This document shows positions 15,527-25,558 of a stretch of 39,932 nt of DNA, piece by piece. Source of the DNA: Parachlamydiales bacterium (lineage in GTDB: Bacteria; Chlamydiota; Chlamydiia; Chlamydiales; Parachlamydiaceae). Position numbers and translations under genes: made by a program. The notes under the pieces were generated by a model. That model was given only the letters and a program-made list of their open reading frames with translations. It made no database searches and was not told the DNA's origin. The stretch lies in the NCBI GenBank assembly GCA_020051075.1, contig JAGVJP010000131.1, positions 1 through 39,932 on the forward strand, written 5' to 3'. How positions within the stretch are numbered: position 1 is the stretch's first letter; each line of letters begins with the position of its first letter.

Positions 15527-17311
15527 ATGAAAAACACCTCTATATCTTCCCACAGTCTCATTTCCTTTATTTGGAAATTTGTCCGTATCCAACGGTGGAA
15601 GTTCTTCTTTATTTTCTTGCTTTCCTTAACATGGTCGATCGATTCCACAGTGTGGCCTTATCTCTTAGGGTTAATTATAGACACATTGACCCACTATGAC
15701 ATGGATCGATCCAACGCCTGGATGCCTTTAAAATGGCTTCTGGTCGCAGGCGTTTGTTTATGGATCTTGGTAGAAATTTGCTTTCGCACCCGCGATTTTA
15801 TTCGTGTTCGAGCTCTTCCTAAGCTCGAAGCCGATATCCGTATGGCGATGTTCGACCACATCCAATACCACTCGCCTAAATACTTCAATGAACACTTTGC
15901 AGGAAGCCTATCCAACAAAATCAGCGACATGACGACTCATGTGACGTCGATCCTTCAAAATCTGATGGTTTTTATCCCTGCTGTCGCTTCTTCTATCCTG
16001 ATTATTTTGTTTTTTTCCCGCGTCAACCCCCTCTTCGCGACGATTTTGGCCGTTTGGATTATCCTCCATATCTGTATCTGCATCTTTTTTAATGCACGAT
16101 GCGTGAAATATTCTAACGAACACGGTGAGGCTCGCAGCAACCTTGCAGGCAAAATCGTCGACAGCTTCACCAACAATTTTGCAGTTAATCTCTTCTCCCG
16201 CTTTCAATTTGAGAAACTGCGCATTGCCTCCTCCCAGAAAATAGAACAGGAAAAAAACACTCGCGCACAATACTCCATCGCAGTGATGCTTTTATCGCTA
16301 ACAATCCTATTTCTGATAGGGATCATCACCTTAAACGGATTCCTGATCCTCTATTGGATGCAAAGCAAAATCTCCACTGGCGAAGTAATCCAGGTGTTTA
16401 ACACCACCTTCAATGTGGTCATGATCTTATGGGTTGCAGGAGATGTGATGCCGCAATTTTTCAAATCGGTAGGGATTGCACGCCAAGCCCTCTCTGTCAT
16501 GAATGATCCGCAAGATGTCATCGACCCTCCCAATGCCCCCTCTCTCGTCGTCAATCAAGGAGAAATCATCTTCGAGAATGTCTTTTTCCAATATGGAGAG
16601 AAAACGCTGTTCGATAACAAAAATGTCCATATTAAAGGTGGGGAAAAAGTCGGCCTCGTCGGGTATTCGGGAGCTGGGAAGTCAACGTTCGTCAATTTAA
16701 TTTTGAGATTCTATCCCATAAAAAAAGGGAAAATCTTGATTGATGGACAAGATATCGCCCATGTCACATTCGATTCCCTTCGCAGGCAGGTTTCTCTGAT
16801 CCCGCAAGACCCTCTTCTTTTTCACCGTACACTAGAAGAAAACATCCTCTATGGCAACGTCGAGGCATCTCACGATGAGGTGATTCATGCAGCCAAATTG
16901 GCTCACTGCGACGAATTTATCAAAAGATGTCCTAAAGGGTATGATTCCCTTGTGGGGGAACGGGGAACGAAGCTCTCGGGGGGCGAACGCCAAAGGATCG
17001 CCATTGCACGTGCGATTCTTGCCGCTTCACCTATTCTTATTCTCGATGAAGCTACATCCTCGCTCGACTCTGTCACTGAAAAGTTTATTCAGGAAAGCTT
17101 AGACTGCCTCATGGAAAACCGGACTACCCTCGTCATTGCCCACCGCCTCTCAACGCTTGCCAGAATGGATCGCATCCTCGTCTTCGATCAAGGAAAAATC
17201 GTGGAAGAAGGAACCCATCGTGCATTGATGTCCAAAGAGGGCCACTATGCACGGATGTGGCAGATGCAAGCAGGAGGGTTTTTGCCAGACATTCCAACTG
17301 ATTTCAGATAA
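15527..17311 (+). CDS. ABC exporter, fused permease/ATP-binding protein (MsbA/MdlB-like)
   Basis: N-terminal TM domain, Walker A GYSGAGKST, LSGGERQR, ILILDEATS, IAHRLST. Start probably ATG 15527. Confidence 0.92.
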   Translation: MKNTSISSHSLISFIWKFVRIQRWKFFFIFLLSLTWSIDSTVWPYLLGLIIDTLTHYDMDRSNAWMPLKWLLVAGVCLWILVEICFRTRDFIRVRALPKLEADIRMAMFDHIQYHSPKYFNEHFAGSLSNKISDMTTHVTSILQNLMVFIPAVASSILIILFFSRVNPLFATILAVWIILHICICIFFNARCVKYSNEHGEARSNLAGKIVDSFTNNFAVNLFSRFQFEKLRIASSQKIEQEKNTRAQYSIAVMLLSLTILFLIGIITLNGFLILYWMQSKISTGEVIQVFNTTFNVVMILWVAGDVMPQFFKSVGIARQALSVMNDPQDVIDPPNAPSLVVNQGEIIFENVFFQYGEKTLFDNKNVHIKGGEKVGLVGYSGAGKSTFVNLILRFYPIKKGKILIDGQDIAHVTFDSLRRQVSLIPQDPLLFHRTLEENILYGNVEASHDEVIHAAKLAHCDEFIKRCPKGYDSLVGERGTKLSGGERQRIAIARAILAASPILILDEATSSLDSVTEKFIQESLDCLMENRTTLVIAHRLSTLARMDRILVFDQGKIVEEGTHRALMSKEGHYARMWQMQAGGFLPDIPTDFR

Positions 17312-17352
17312 GCCTTTGGAAATGGTATTTCATATGCTAGAGCACTATAGTT

Positions 17353-19365
17353 CTATGCAGAGAGTGCAATAGGCTCCTCTCTCATAGACTGCTGCAAACG
17401 GAGCCGCCTCTGTAATACTCTCCATTTAATCAGCTCACCTTTATAGAAGAGGAGAAATTTGATAGCTTCCGCATGATCTTCAGTGCCAGCAGATTCTTTC
17501 GCTTTCATCTTGGACGTAAACGTTTCGATAGCGACTTGTATTGCAGCAAGCTTAGGCTTTGTCAAGCTATGGGCATAGATCGCTTTGAGCATCTCCCAAT
17601 CTGGAGCAATCGGACATTCACCTCTTAGATGGGTCAAAAAATATTCATTCAAGTGCGCCAATCTGGCGTCGGCAGTACACAAATGCTTGATTTCTTTAGC
17701 TATTGCTGCGGCTGCCTCTGGATCTAACCCTTTAATCTTACGTAGTAAACGTCTAATCACCGCGAGCATAATAGACTGCAAGTTGTAATAACTGCAGTTT
17801 CCTACAGTTTGAGCTTTTTCGCGGAAGTATTCTTTGGCATCGGTCATTTTAAAACTGAAAGCTTTTAATAGCAAACTTCCGTCAGATTTACCTGCTTGAC
17901 GGCTGCAGGATTTTACAATCTTTAACATTTCCCTTTTATCGACCTTCAAGACATTTATCCCTGGAAAACCGTAAGCGAATAAGCCACGGTTGCATATCTC
18001 GATGAAGTATTGAGAGGATTCTGGATCTTTTGAAACGACCACACCCCAAAAATGCCCTGATGATTTTTTCGAAGACCCTTCTGGAAGTTTTCTACGTGTG
18101 CTCATGAGAAAAACCACCATCTCTCCACTGTCTAGGCAACGTACGCCTTCTTTAGAGAGCTCGCCAGTTTTTATCTCAATGCGGTTCCCTCGATGTTGAA
18201 AGCCGTCACTTATCAAAGAAACAACACTACCCATCGACTGAGAAGCTTTCTTTAGATCATCTTCACTGAGTTGGTCAAGGGCTTTTTTTGCGTTGTCGGA
18301 AAGGCGATCCCATATGCTGCCTTGTTTGTTAAGCAAATCGCTCTGCAATTCTCTGTAAAACCCAGTGCTGCGAAAGATAAAATCACTGACGGTGAATTCT
18401 TTGAAGTAGCCAGAGCGCTTCAGCGATACTGAGGAATCAAAACTTTCCATCGTAAAACTCCCCGGGACTGAAAACTTATGAGATAGCATCACCCTGCCGT
18501 TAAATTCCCGCAGCCATGCTTGATCTTCCTGAGTTGTCTGCATTAGAAACGGCCCCATCTTAGGACGATTTTTCAAGGCAATGAGCAGAGGAGAATACTT
18601 GCCGCGAAAGTGTCGGGTATTAGCGCCCTTATGCAGCAATAAGATAGCCAAATCACAGTAGGAATGTTTACAAGCATACATTAACGGGGAACACCCATTT
18701 AAAGTCAAGTTAACGACTGGAGGATAAATTTCTATGGCCTGCTCAGCAAGTCTGAGATCATTTGTTCTGACTGCTTTCCAAAGTTTTGCCTGTGAAAAAA
18801 CTGAAACTTCTTTTGGCACTGCATCTAAGAAGGGCTTCATTACAGCTCCATAATCGATAGCGAGTGAAACAGGGGAATTTCCATTAAGTTCTACGTTAGG
18901 ATTGCTTCCATGCTTCAGAAGCAGAAGGGCAATCTCACAGCGTCCTCGTTTGCAGGCTTCTAATAGTGGAGAATCTTGCCCTTGGCCCTGGACTATCGCA
19001 GGGTATAAGGCGATTGCCTGCTCAGCGAGATCAAGATCATCCGTAGCAAGAGCCTCACATAGCTTTTCCTTAGCTTCGACAAGGCGCCAGATCGCTGGCT
19101 TAGCAGCCGAAAATATTGTCTTGGCAGCTTTAAGCTTATGTTCATTTTTTTCGAGTTTCTTAAATTTCTCGATGATGGATCTGATGTCATCGACTGCGCA
19201 CAAAGTATCATCACTTCCAAAATTAAGTGCTGCCTGTATTGCCGATATCACATCACTAACAGATAGATTTCGCTCTTGCAGTTCGAAGAGGCTATTTCCG
19301 GTCAAACACCGGTTCATCATGTCATAATAATCTTTGGGCGAACCCAATGCAGTGCTTAAAATCAT
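17353..19365 (-). CDS. Ankyrin-repeat protein with putative C-terminal cysteine protease-like domain
   Basis: Ank repeats (DSPLLEACKRGRCEIALLLLKHGSNPN; GCSPLMYACKHSYCDLAILLLHKGAN); C-terminal GHFWG...ICNRG...QTVGNC. Confidence 0.8.
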   Translation of the reverse strand: MILSTALGSPKDYYDMMNRCLTGNSLFELQERNLSVSDVISAIQAALNFGSDDTLCAVDDIRSIIEKFKKLEKNEHKLKAAKTIFSAAKPAIWRLVEAKEKLCEALATDDLDLAEQAIALYPAIVQGQGQDSPLLEACKRGRCEIALLLLKHGSNPNVELNGNSPVSLAIDYGAVMKPFLDAVPKEVSVFSQAKLWKAVRTNDLRLAEQAIEIYPPVVNLTLNGCSPLMYACKHSYCDLAILLLHKGANTRHFRGKYSPLLIALKNRPKMGPFLMQTTQEDQAWLREFNGRVMLSHKFSVPGSFTMESFDSSVSLKRSGYFKEFTVSDFIFRSTGFYRELQSDLLNKQGSIWDRLSDNAKKALDQLSEDDLKKASQSMGSVVSLISDGFQHRGNRIEIKTGELSKEGVRCLDSGEMVVFLMSTRRKLPEGSSKKSSGHFWGVVVSKDPESSQYFIEICNRGLFAYGFPGINVLKVDKREMLKIVKSCSRQAGKSDGSLLLKAFSFKMTDAKEYFREKAQTVGNCSYYNLQSIMLAVIRRLLRKIKGLDPEAAAAIAKEIKHLCTADARLAHLNEYFLTHLRGECPIAPDWEMLKAIYAHSLTKPKLAAIQVAIETFTSKMKAKESAGTEDHAEAIKFLLFYKGELIKWRVLQRRLRLQQSMREEPIALSA

Positions 19366-19579
19366 AGATAATTATTTTAAATTTAGTTAGATAAAAAAGT
19401 GTATTTGTTTATTTTATCATGCTTGTAATTAATTAGCAATTAATTACAATCACAACTAAATAAAAAAAATAATTTAACTATCTGTTAGATTGGAACATTA
19501 GACCAAAAGAGATAATTGAGAAAATTGGGACTAAACCAGTGCCGTAAGCTATCTCCAAAAGTAGCCACACTCGCCTAGG

Positions 19580-19795
19580 CTAGGATGAGATTGTTATGAA
19601 TAAACATCCGGATGCTTCCAATGCTTCTTCATGTAATAATCGATTAGCGGCTTCAAGCGGAAATCCCGGACAAGCGCCTGTCACAGTAATGCAGTCTTTT
19701 GCTGCTATTGCACACCCAAGTTCATAGGCGATTTTTTTATGAGCAGTTGAAAGTCTACCAGAAGCTGATCCCATGACTCCAATCTTTAACTTCAT
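19580..19795 (-). pseudogene. Truncated LOG/SLOG-family (TIGR00725-like) nucleotide-binding protein
   Basis: KIGVMGSASG...AYELGCAIAAKDCITVTGACPGFPLEAA is the SLOG N-terminus. The ORF ends at 71 aa, far shorter than the family norm. Confidence 0.65.
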
Positions 19796-19885
19796 TTTGT
19801 CCCCTGATAAACAAGCTGTTATTTTAGCTTGATTTTAAACTTAAAATTATAAAATGTAAAAATAAAAAGCAAAAAGGGGGCAACC

Positions 19886-20095
19886 ATGTCTATAGTGAAA
19901 GTGATCGAAGTGATCAGCGAAGGCAACACAATTGATGAGGCTTTGAAGGCAGGTGTGACAGAGGCAGCGAAAACAGTAGAAAATATTACGCAAATCAATG
20001 TCGTCCACATTGAAGGAATTGTCGAAAATCAAAAGGTTAAGAAATTTCGGATAAACTCAAAAATCAGCTTTGTTGTTCATCATCCAAAGGGATAA
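19886..20095 (+). CDS. Dodecin-family protein
   Basis: MSIVKVIEVISEG.TIDEALKAGVTEAAKTVENI...FRINSKISFVV, 69 aa; GGGGG RBS. Confidence 0.85.
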   Translation: MSIVKVIEVISEGNTIDEALKAGVTEAAKTVENITQINVVHIEGIVENQKVKKFRINSKISFVVHHPKG

Positions 20096-20148
20096 AGTTC
20101 TTAGAGAAAAATCTGAAAAAGATAGCCGACAGCTAATCTCCAATCAAC

Positions 20149-20488
20149 AGGATAAACAAAGGGACAAAACAGGATAGGCAGGATCGCTTCGCGGCAGGAT
20201 AGGCAAGATAGAGCAAAAAAATTTTACAGGATGGGAAGGATAAGAAAGATAGTGATGGGTTAGATGCAATAATTCGGAAATGAGAAATTAAAAAAACAAG
20301 ATTGTTCGTTACCCATAACAAGGCGAATTTATTGATTAATTCAACCTTTTTCTTGTTCTTTAACTTAAAGATATCCTCATCATCACGATCTTTCCTATCC
20401 TTCCCATCCTGTAAATTTTTTTGCTCTATCTTGCCTATCCTGCCGCGAAGCGATCCTGCCTATCCTGTTTTGTCCCTTTGCTTATCCT
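20149..20488. repeat. Large inverted repeat of family B (~108-bp arms, ~123-bp spacer) between convergent genes
   Basis: 20149-20257 is nearly the exact reverse complement of 20381-20488. Confidence 0.9.
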
Positions 20489-20490
20489 TG

Positions 20491-21621
20491 CTACAAGATG
20501 CGGCGGCGGAAGAAGAGGGTAGCACCAGTTAGGGTGAAAATGGCAATCAACGCCATCGGCCAGATGTTTTCGAACACGATCGTTGCAGGCATCTCTTTTA
20601 AAAATACCCCTTTAGCAACGACTAAATAGTAGCGGAGAGGATTCAACAAAGTGGCATTCTGCAGCCAGACAGGCATATTTTCAATGGGAGTGGCATATCC
20701 TGACAACGTCACCGCCGGAGTCATAAAAACAAAAGAACCGAGAATCGCCTGCTGCTGTGTCATGGAGAGCGACGAGATAAACAAACCCACTCCGACGATG
20801 GATGAGATGAAGACAGTCATCGCAAGATAAAGCAACCAGAGAGAACCGACAAAAGGAATCTGAAAAATAAAGACAGCAGCAACGATGATCACTGTCCCTT
20901 CGATCAGTCCGATGATCAAGGCAGGGATCGTTTTGCCGATCATGATTTCAAGAGGCAGGAGCGGAGAGACGAGAAGCTGGTCGAACGTACCTAATTCTCT
21001 TTCACGAGCTATTGACAACGCTGTGATCGTCAGCGCAATGAGCATCGTCAAAATCCCTGATAAATTGGGAACGTTAAACCAATAGTAGAGAAGATTGGGG
21101 TTGAACCAATTGCGCGGAAAGAGTTGAGTATTTTGCTGGTCGATGCCTACCCTTGCAGTAAAGTCGAGGTTGTATTGGCTGATGATATTCAAAGCATAGC
21201 CTTGGACAATCTGAGCAGTGTTGGACCGCCTTCCATCAAGGATCAGCTGGATATCGACTTTTTTCTTTGCACGGAGCCGCCGAGAAAAGAGTTCATCGAT
21301 GTGGATGACCATGATCGCACGCTGGTTGTCGATCACATCGGCAATATCTGCTACCTTTTCTAAATAGATGATATGGTTGAAAGTGGGAGAGCCATGAAAT
21401 CGCTGGAGCAGTTCGAAGGACTCAGCGCCAGCATCGCGGTTGAGGATCGCAATCGGAACGTTTTTGACATCGAGGGTGGCGGCCATTGAAAACACAGCGA
21501 GCTGAATAATCGGAGGGACAATCAAGACAAAACGGCTCTTCTTATCGCGCCAGACCGCTAAAATCTCCTTTACAATCAACGTTCTGATCCTCTGCCACAT
21601 CTTCCTTACACCGTTTGCCAT
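20491..21621 (-). CDS. ABC-2 type permease (YbhR-like)
   Basis: RIRTLIVKE, ARERELGTFDQLLVSPL, LSGYATPIENMP; in an operon with YbhS/F/G-like genes. Confidence 0.9.
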   Translation of the reverse strand: MANGVRKMWQRIRTLIVKEILAVWRDKKSRFVLIVPPIIQLAVFSMAATLDVKNVPIAILNRDAGAESFELLQRFHGSPTFNHIIYLEKVADIADVIDNQRAIMVIHIDELFSRRLRAKKKVDIQLILDGRRSNTAQIVQGYALNIISQYNLDFTARVGIDQQNTQLFPRNWFNPNLLYYWFNVPNLSGILTMLIALTITALSIARERELGTFDQLLVSPLLPLEIMIGKTIPALIIGLIEGTVIIVAAVFIFQIPFVGSLWLLYLAMTVFISSIVGVGLFISSLSMTQQQAILGSFVFMTPAVTLSGYATPIENMPVWLQNATLLNPLRYYLVVAKGVFLKEMPATIVFENIWPMALIAIFTLTGATLFFRRRIL

Positions 21622-22793
21622 TAATCTAAACGTTTAGCCGTTTTTAGAGAAGTGATAATGTATATGATCGATCCAAGGAGAATCATTGCGATGGAATTCG
21701 GAATAATCAAGGTCCAGACGTTGCCAACCAGAAAGAAGGTTTGAAGAAGCGAGACAAAATAGCGGGCAGGGATGAAGTGAGTCACCATCTGGATCATCCA
21801 GGGCATGCTTCCAATTTCAAAGATGAAGCCTGAGAGGATGAAACTAGGTAAAAAAGCGGCGACCATCGCGAGTTGTGCAGCGACAAACTGGTTGCGGGCG
21901 ACTGTTGAGATCAATAACCCTGTTCCAAGAGCTGTTAATAGGAATATGCTGGCTACGCCTGCGAAAATGACAAAAGAGCCTCTAAAAGGAACATCATAGA
22001 AAAATACTGCGATGATCACACAAATCGACATCGAGAACATCCCGAGGAAGAAGTAAGGGATCATCTTTGCGATGATGATTTCAAGGATACCTACAGGCGT
22101 CGCCATCAGCGCCTCCATCGTCCCCCGTTCCCACTCCCTTGAAATGACCAATGCGGTGAGGAGGGTGCCAATCAACGTCATAATGATCGCCAAAGAACCA
22201 GGAATAAGGAAGTTGCGGCTTTCGAGTTCTTCATTATACCAGAAGCGGGGCTGAGGGATCACGAGGGGAAGCCCTTTGAGGTCAAAGCTGATCGCCTCTT
22301 GCTGCAGAAAATTGGACCAAGCCCCTTGAACGTAGTTTTGAACGAAATTTGCGGTGTTGGGTTCGCTCCCATCAGCAATCACCTGGATAGGGGCAACTTC
22401 ATCTTGACGAAATCTGAAGGCTGAAAAATTTTGCGGGATGACGACGATACCCCTGACTGTCCCTCGAATCATGTCGTCATAAAAAAACCTCCTGTCACGT
22501 TCTATACGGACATTGAAGTATTTGGAGTCGATAAGGCTTTCGGCAAAACTTTGAGCGTCAGGGGCTGTATCTTCCAACACAACTCCAACGCGAAGTTTAT
22601 CCATGTCTAAAGAGACGCCAAATCCATAAATGAACATAAGAAGCAGTGGAAGGAAAAAGCAGATCAGAAAGGTGCTGGGATCTCGTCTGATCTGGTAGAC
22701 CTCTTTAAAGATTAAAGCCTTGATCCGCCGAAGACTGCCTCGACGGCTCGAAACGAGTCGATCAGATTCTGCTGGTTCAATTTGCTGCATCAT
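21621..22793 (-). CDS. ABC-2 type permease (YbhS-like)
   Basis: KEVYQIRRDPS, SREWERGTMEALMATP, LSGFIFEIGSMP. Confidence 0.9.
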   Translation of the reverse strand: MMQQIEPAESDRLVSSRRGSLRRIKALIFKEVYQIRRDPSTFLICFFLPLLLMFIYGFGVSLDMDKLRVGVVLEDTAPDAQSFAESLIDSKYFNVRIERDRRFFYDDMIRGTVRGIVVIPQNFSAFRFRQDEVAPIQVIADGSEPNTANFVQNYVQGAWSNFLQQEAISFDLKGLPLVIPQPRFWYNEELESRNFLIPGSLAIIMTLIGTLLTALVISREWERGTMEALMATPVGILEIIIAKMIPYFFLGMFSMSICVIIAVFFYDVPFRGSFVIFAGVASIFLLTALGTGLLISTVARNQFVAAQLAMVAAFLPSFILSGFIFEIGSMPWMIQMVTHFIPARYFVSLLQTFFLVGNVWTLIIPNSIAMILLGSIIYIITSLKTAKRLD

Positions 22794-24522
22794 ATTTCTC
22801 TATCAGATCGATGAAGGCATCCTCAAGGGTTGGGCGAGGGTTTGCCGAACTAGCAGCTTTTTCCTTTAATTCGTCTGGTGTACCGACCATAATCAGCTTG
22901 CTCCGATAGACCAATCCGATCCTGTCACAGTACTCTGCTTCGTCCATGAAATGGGTGGTGACCATCACTGTAACCCCTCTTTCTACAAGGCCGTTGATGT
23001 GATTCCAAAATTCACGCCTTGTGATGGGGTCAACGCCCGATGTTGGCTCATCTAAAAAGAGGACCTCAGGTCTATGCATCAGGGCGCATGACAACGCGAG
23101 CCGCTGCTTAAAACCTAAAGGAAGGTTATCAGAAGACTCATTCAGATAGGGCTTCAAAGCAAAAATATCGATCATCTCTTCCATGACCTCTTTTCGGTGT
23201 TTCCCTCTTAAATTATAAATGCCTGAGAAGAACTCGAGGTTTTGCATGACGCTTAGATTCCCGTATAGTGAGAATTTCTGCGCCATATAGCCGATGTGGG
23301 AGCGTGCTTCACTTGGAGCGATCTCCAAGCTAAGGCCATTGACATAAGCACTCCCTGATGTCGGTTTCAGCAATCCGCATAACATCTTGAACGTTGTAGA
23401 CTTCCCCGCTCCATTAGGGCCTAATAATCCAAAAATTTCTGCAGAAGGGACTGTGAATGTGATGTGATCGGCAGCAGTGAATGATCCAAAACGTTTGACG
23501 AGACCCTCTGCCTGGATGACGGCTTCCGCCTTGACAGGTACTTCCGGAGTCAGGTCGGCTAAAACTGATCCTCCTCCAGGCCCTCCTCCTAGGATGTCTA
23601 TGAACGCATCTTCAAAACGGGGTGGGATCTGCTCTAAACTCATCTGATCGCCGCCAGAAAGAGCGTTAAAATTCAGTGAAGAAGCGTTCTCATTTGCTTT
23701 AAGGACGATCCTCAAGTCTTTTCCTTGAATGGTTCCGTCGATAACAGAGGGGAGCTTTAAGATGTCGGACAACACCAGACGGCGGCTTGCTCCCAGATTT
23801 GTTAACTTAAACGTCCTTCCCTCGACCCGTTTTGTCAGCTCCTTCGGCGACCCGCTGTAGAGGAGCTTTCCTTCGTTGAGGAGGAGGACGGAATGGCACC
23901 GCTCAGCCTCTTCCAAGTAGGCGGTGCTCCAGACAACAGAAATCCCTTCTTCTAAAAGGTCGTGGACCATCCTCCACAGCTCCCGCCGTGAGATGGGATC
24001 AACCCCAACACTTGGCTCGTCGAGGAGAAGCAGCGCCGGCTTCTTGACGAGTGTGCAGGCGAGTCCAAGCTTCTGCTTCATCCCACCCGACAACGCTCCA
24101 GCTAAACGGGTGGTGAAGGGCTCTAACCCGGTGAAGGCGAGAAGCTTCTTAAATGTTTCCTGGCGCTGTTCTCCTAGTGTTCCCCTCAAATCTGCATAGA
24201 GGACAAGATTTTGCATCACCGTCAGATCTTCATAGAGTCCAAATTTCTGCGGCATATAGGCAATCAGATCGTGGATGGCACGTGTTTCTGTGACAGTTTG
24301 ATATCCATCGACAACAATATCTCCTTCAGTGGGGATGAGCAGTCCGGCGATCAATCTGATCAACGTCGTTTTGCCAGCGCCATCCGGACCTGCTAACCCA
24401 ACGATTTCACCTTTTGGGATAATGGCGTTGATGTCGACGAGTGCTGGAGGAAGGTTTTTGTCAAAAGATTTTGAGAGATGGCTGATCGTGACAAGAGGCT
24501 GAGGCTGGGGGTGGCCATTCAC
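22777..24522 (-). CDS. ABC transporter ATP-binding protein with two NBDs (YbhF-like)
   Basis: GPDGAGKTT / LSGGMKQK and GPNGAGKST / LPLGFKQR. Confidence 0.92.
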   Translation of the reverse strand: MNGHPQPQPLVTISHLSKSFDKNLPPALVDINAIIPKGEIVGLAGPDGAGKTTLIRLIAGLLIPTEGDIVVDGYQTVTETRAIHDLIAYMPQKFGLYEDLTVMQNLVLYADLRGTLGEQRQETFKKLLAFTGLEPFTTRLAGALSGGMKQKLGLACTLVKKPALLLLDEPSVGVDPISRRELWRMVHDLLEEGISVVWSTAYLEEAERCHSVLLLNEGKLLYSGSPKELTKRVEGRTFKLTNLGASRRLVLSDILKLPSVIDGTIQGKDLRIVLKANENASSLNFNALSGGDQMSLEQIPPRFEDAFIDILGGGPGGGSVLADLTPEVPVKAEAVIQAEGLVKRFGSFTAADHITFTVPSAEIFGLLGPNGAGKSTTFKMLCGLLKPTSGSAYVNGLSLEIAPSEARSHIGYMAQKFSLYGNLSVMQNLEFFSGIYNLRGKHRKEVMEEMIDIFALKPYLNESSDNLPLGFKQRLALSCALMHRPEVLFLDEPTSGVDPITRREFWNHINGLVERGVTVMVTTHFMDEAEYCDRIGLVYRSKLIMVGTPDELKEKAASSANPRPTLEDAFIDLIEKYDAAN

Positions 24523-25397
24523 GATTCATCCCGCCCTTTCGGATTGAGTAGTTTAACCGTCACAGGCATGCCTTGACGGAGCCCTTGATCAGGATTATCT
24601 GCAATGATCCTGAGGCGGTAAACTAGGTCTGTGCGAAGCTTAGTTGTTTCGACAGTTTTTGGAGTGAACTCTGCCACGGGAGAGATAAATCCGATATGTC
24701 CATGGTAAACTTTGCCGCCATGAGTGTCGGTGTGTATCTCTGCAGGCATGTTGGGGTAGATCCTCCCTAAATCCGGCTCGGAGACATAGGCACGCACCCA
24801 GACAGGCGATAGCAGTGAAAGAGTGTAAATTGGATCTGCTTCTTTGAGGACTGTTCCAGGTTCTCTGATTCTTGTCAGAATGATCCCATCTGAAGGACAG
24901 AATATCTCTGTTTCTCTCAAGTTCGTTTGAGCAACGCCAAGAGCAGCTTCAGCTTCGCGGAGGTTGGCTAAGTAAACATTTTTTGATGAGATAGCTTGGT
25001 CGACATCTTCTTGAGAGACAGCACCGGTTTCAAATAACTCTAAACGCCTTTTCCATAGCAAAATGGCAGTCTCTAACGATGCTTTGACCGACTCGATGCG
25101 CGCTTCAGCTTCTCTGACCAAATCCTCGTAGGGCTGCTTATCCAGATAGGACATGAAGCTCCCCTTCTGCACAAGTTCCCCTTCTTCATAGAACATCTCT
25201 TGGACACGTCCATTCACACGAAAGCCTAAATCGACTTGACGAATATCTACATTGCCATAGAGGGTGAGGTGTTTATTCTTATCTGAAGGAGAAAAAAGGT
25301 TTGGATAGACTGCTTTGATACCAGCCAAACACAAAACAATGAAGATGAGGATAAGGAGGATACGAGTCATCAAAAAACATCTGTTGTAAACCTTCAT
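24519..25397 (-). CDS. HlyD-family membrane fusion protein (YbhG-like)
   Basis: LTLYGNVDIRQVDLGFRVNGR, ISPVAEFTPKTVET..LRTDLVYRLRI. The start may be the downstream Met (MTRILL). Confidence 0.9.
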   Translation of the reverse strand: MKVYNRCFLMTRILLILIFIVLCLAGIKAVYPNLFSPSDKNKHLTLYGNVDIRQVDLGFRVNGRVQEMFYEEGELVQKGSFMSYLDKQPYEDLVREAEARIESVKASLETAILLWKRRLELFETGAVSQEDVDQAISSKNVYLANLREAEAALGVAQTNLRETEIFCPSDGIILTRIREPGTVLKEADPIYTLSLLSPVWVRAYVSEPDLGRIYPNMPAEIHTDTHGGKVYHGHIGFISPVAEFTPKTVETTKLRTDLVYRLRIIADNPDQGLRQGMPVTVKLLNPKGRDES

Positions 25398-25460
25398 ACG
25401 AGGCAGTCTAAAAAAACATTTGATAACACAAGTCTCGAAAAAGTAAAAGTAATTTTTCTT

Positions 25461-25489
25461 TTGTCAATAATTTCTCCTTAAGCTATGAT
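25461..25489 (+). promoter_or_regulatory. Sigma70/66-type promoter TTGTCA-N17-TATGAT for 25559 gene
   Basis: Near-consensus hexamers with a 17-bp spacer, ~70 nt upstream of the ATG. Confidence 0.55.
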
Positions 25490-25558
25490 GTAGAATCTTT
25501 ATTCTGTTAAAACATTTTTTCAATCACTACAAAATAACCCCTATCAAAAGGTAATTAT

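Noticed and set aside
5778..20488. CRISPR array suggested by recurring ~35-bp repeats
   Set aside because: Copies are dispersed or inverted, not regularly spaced with unique spacers, and there are no cas genes.
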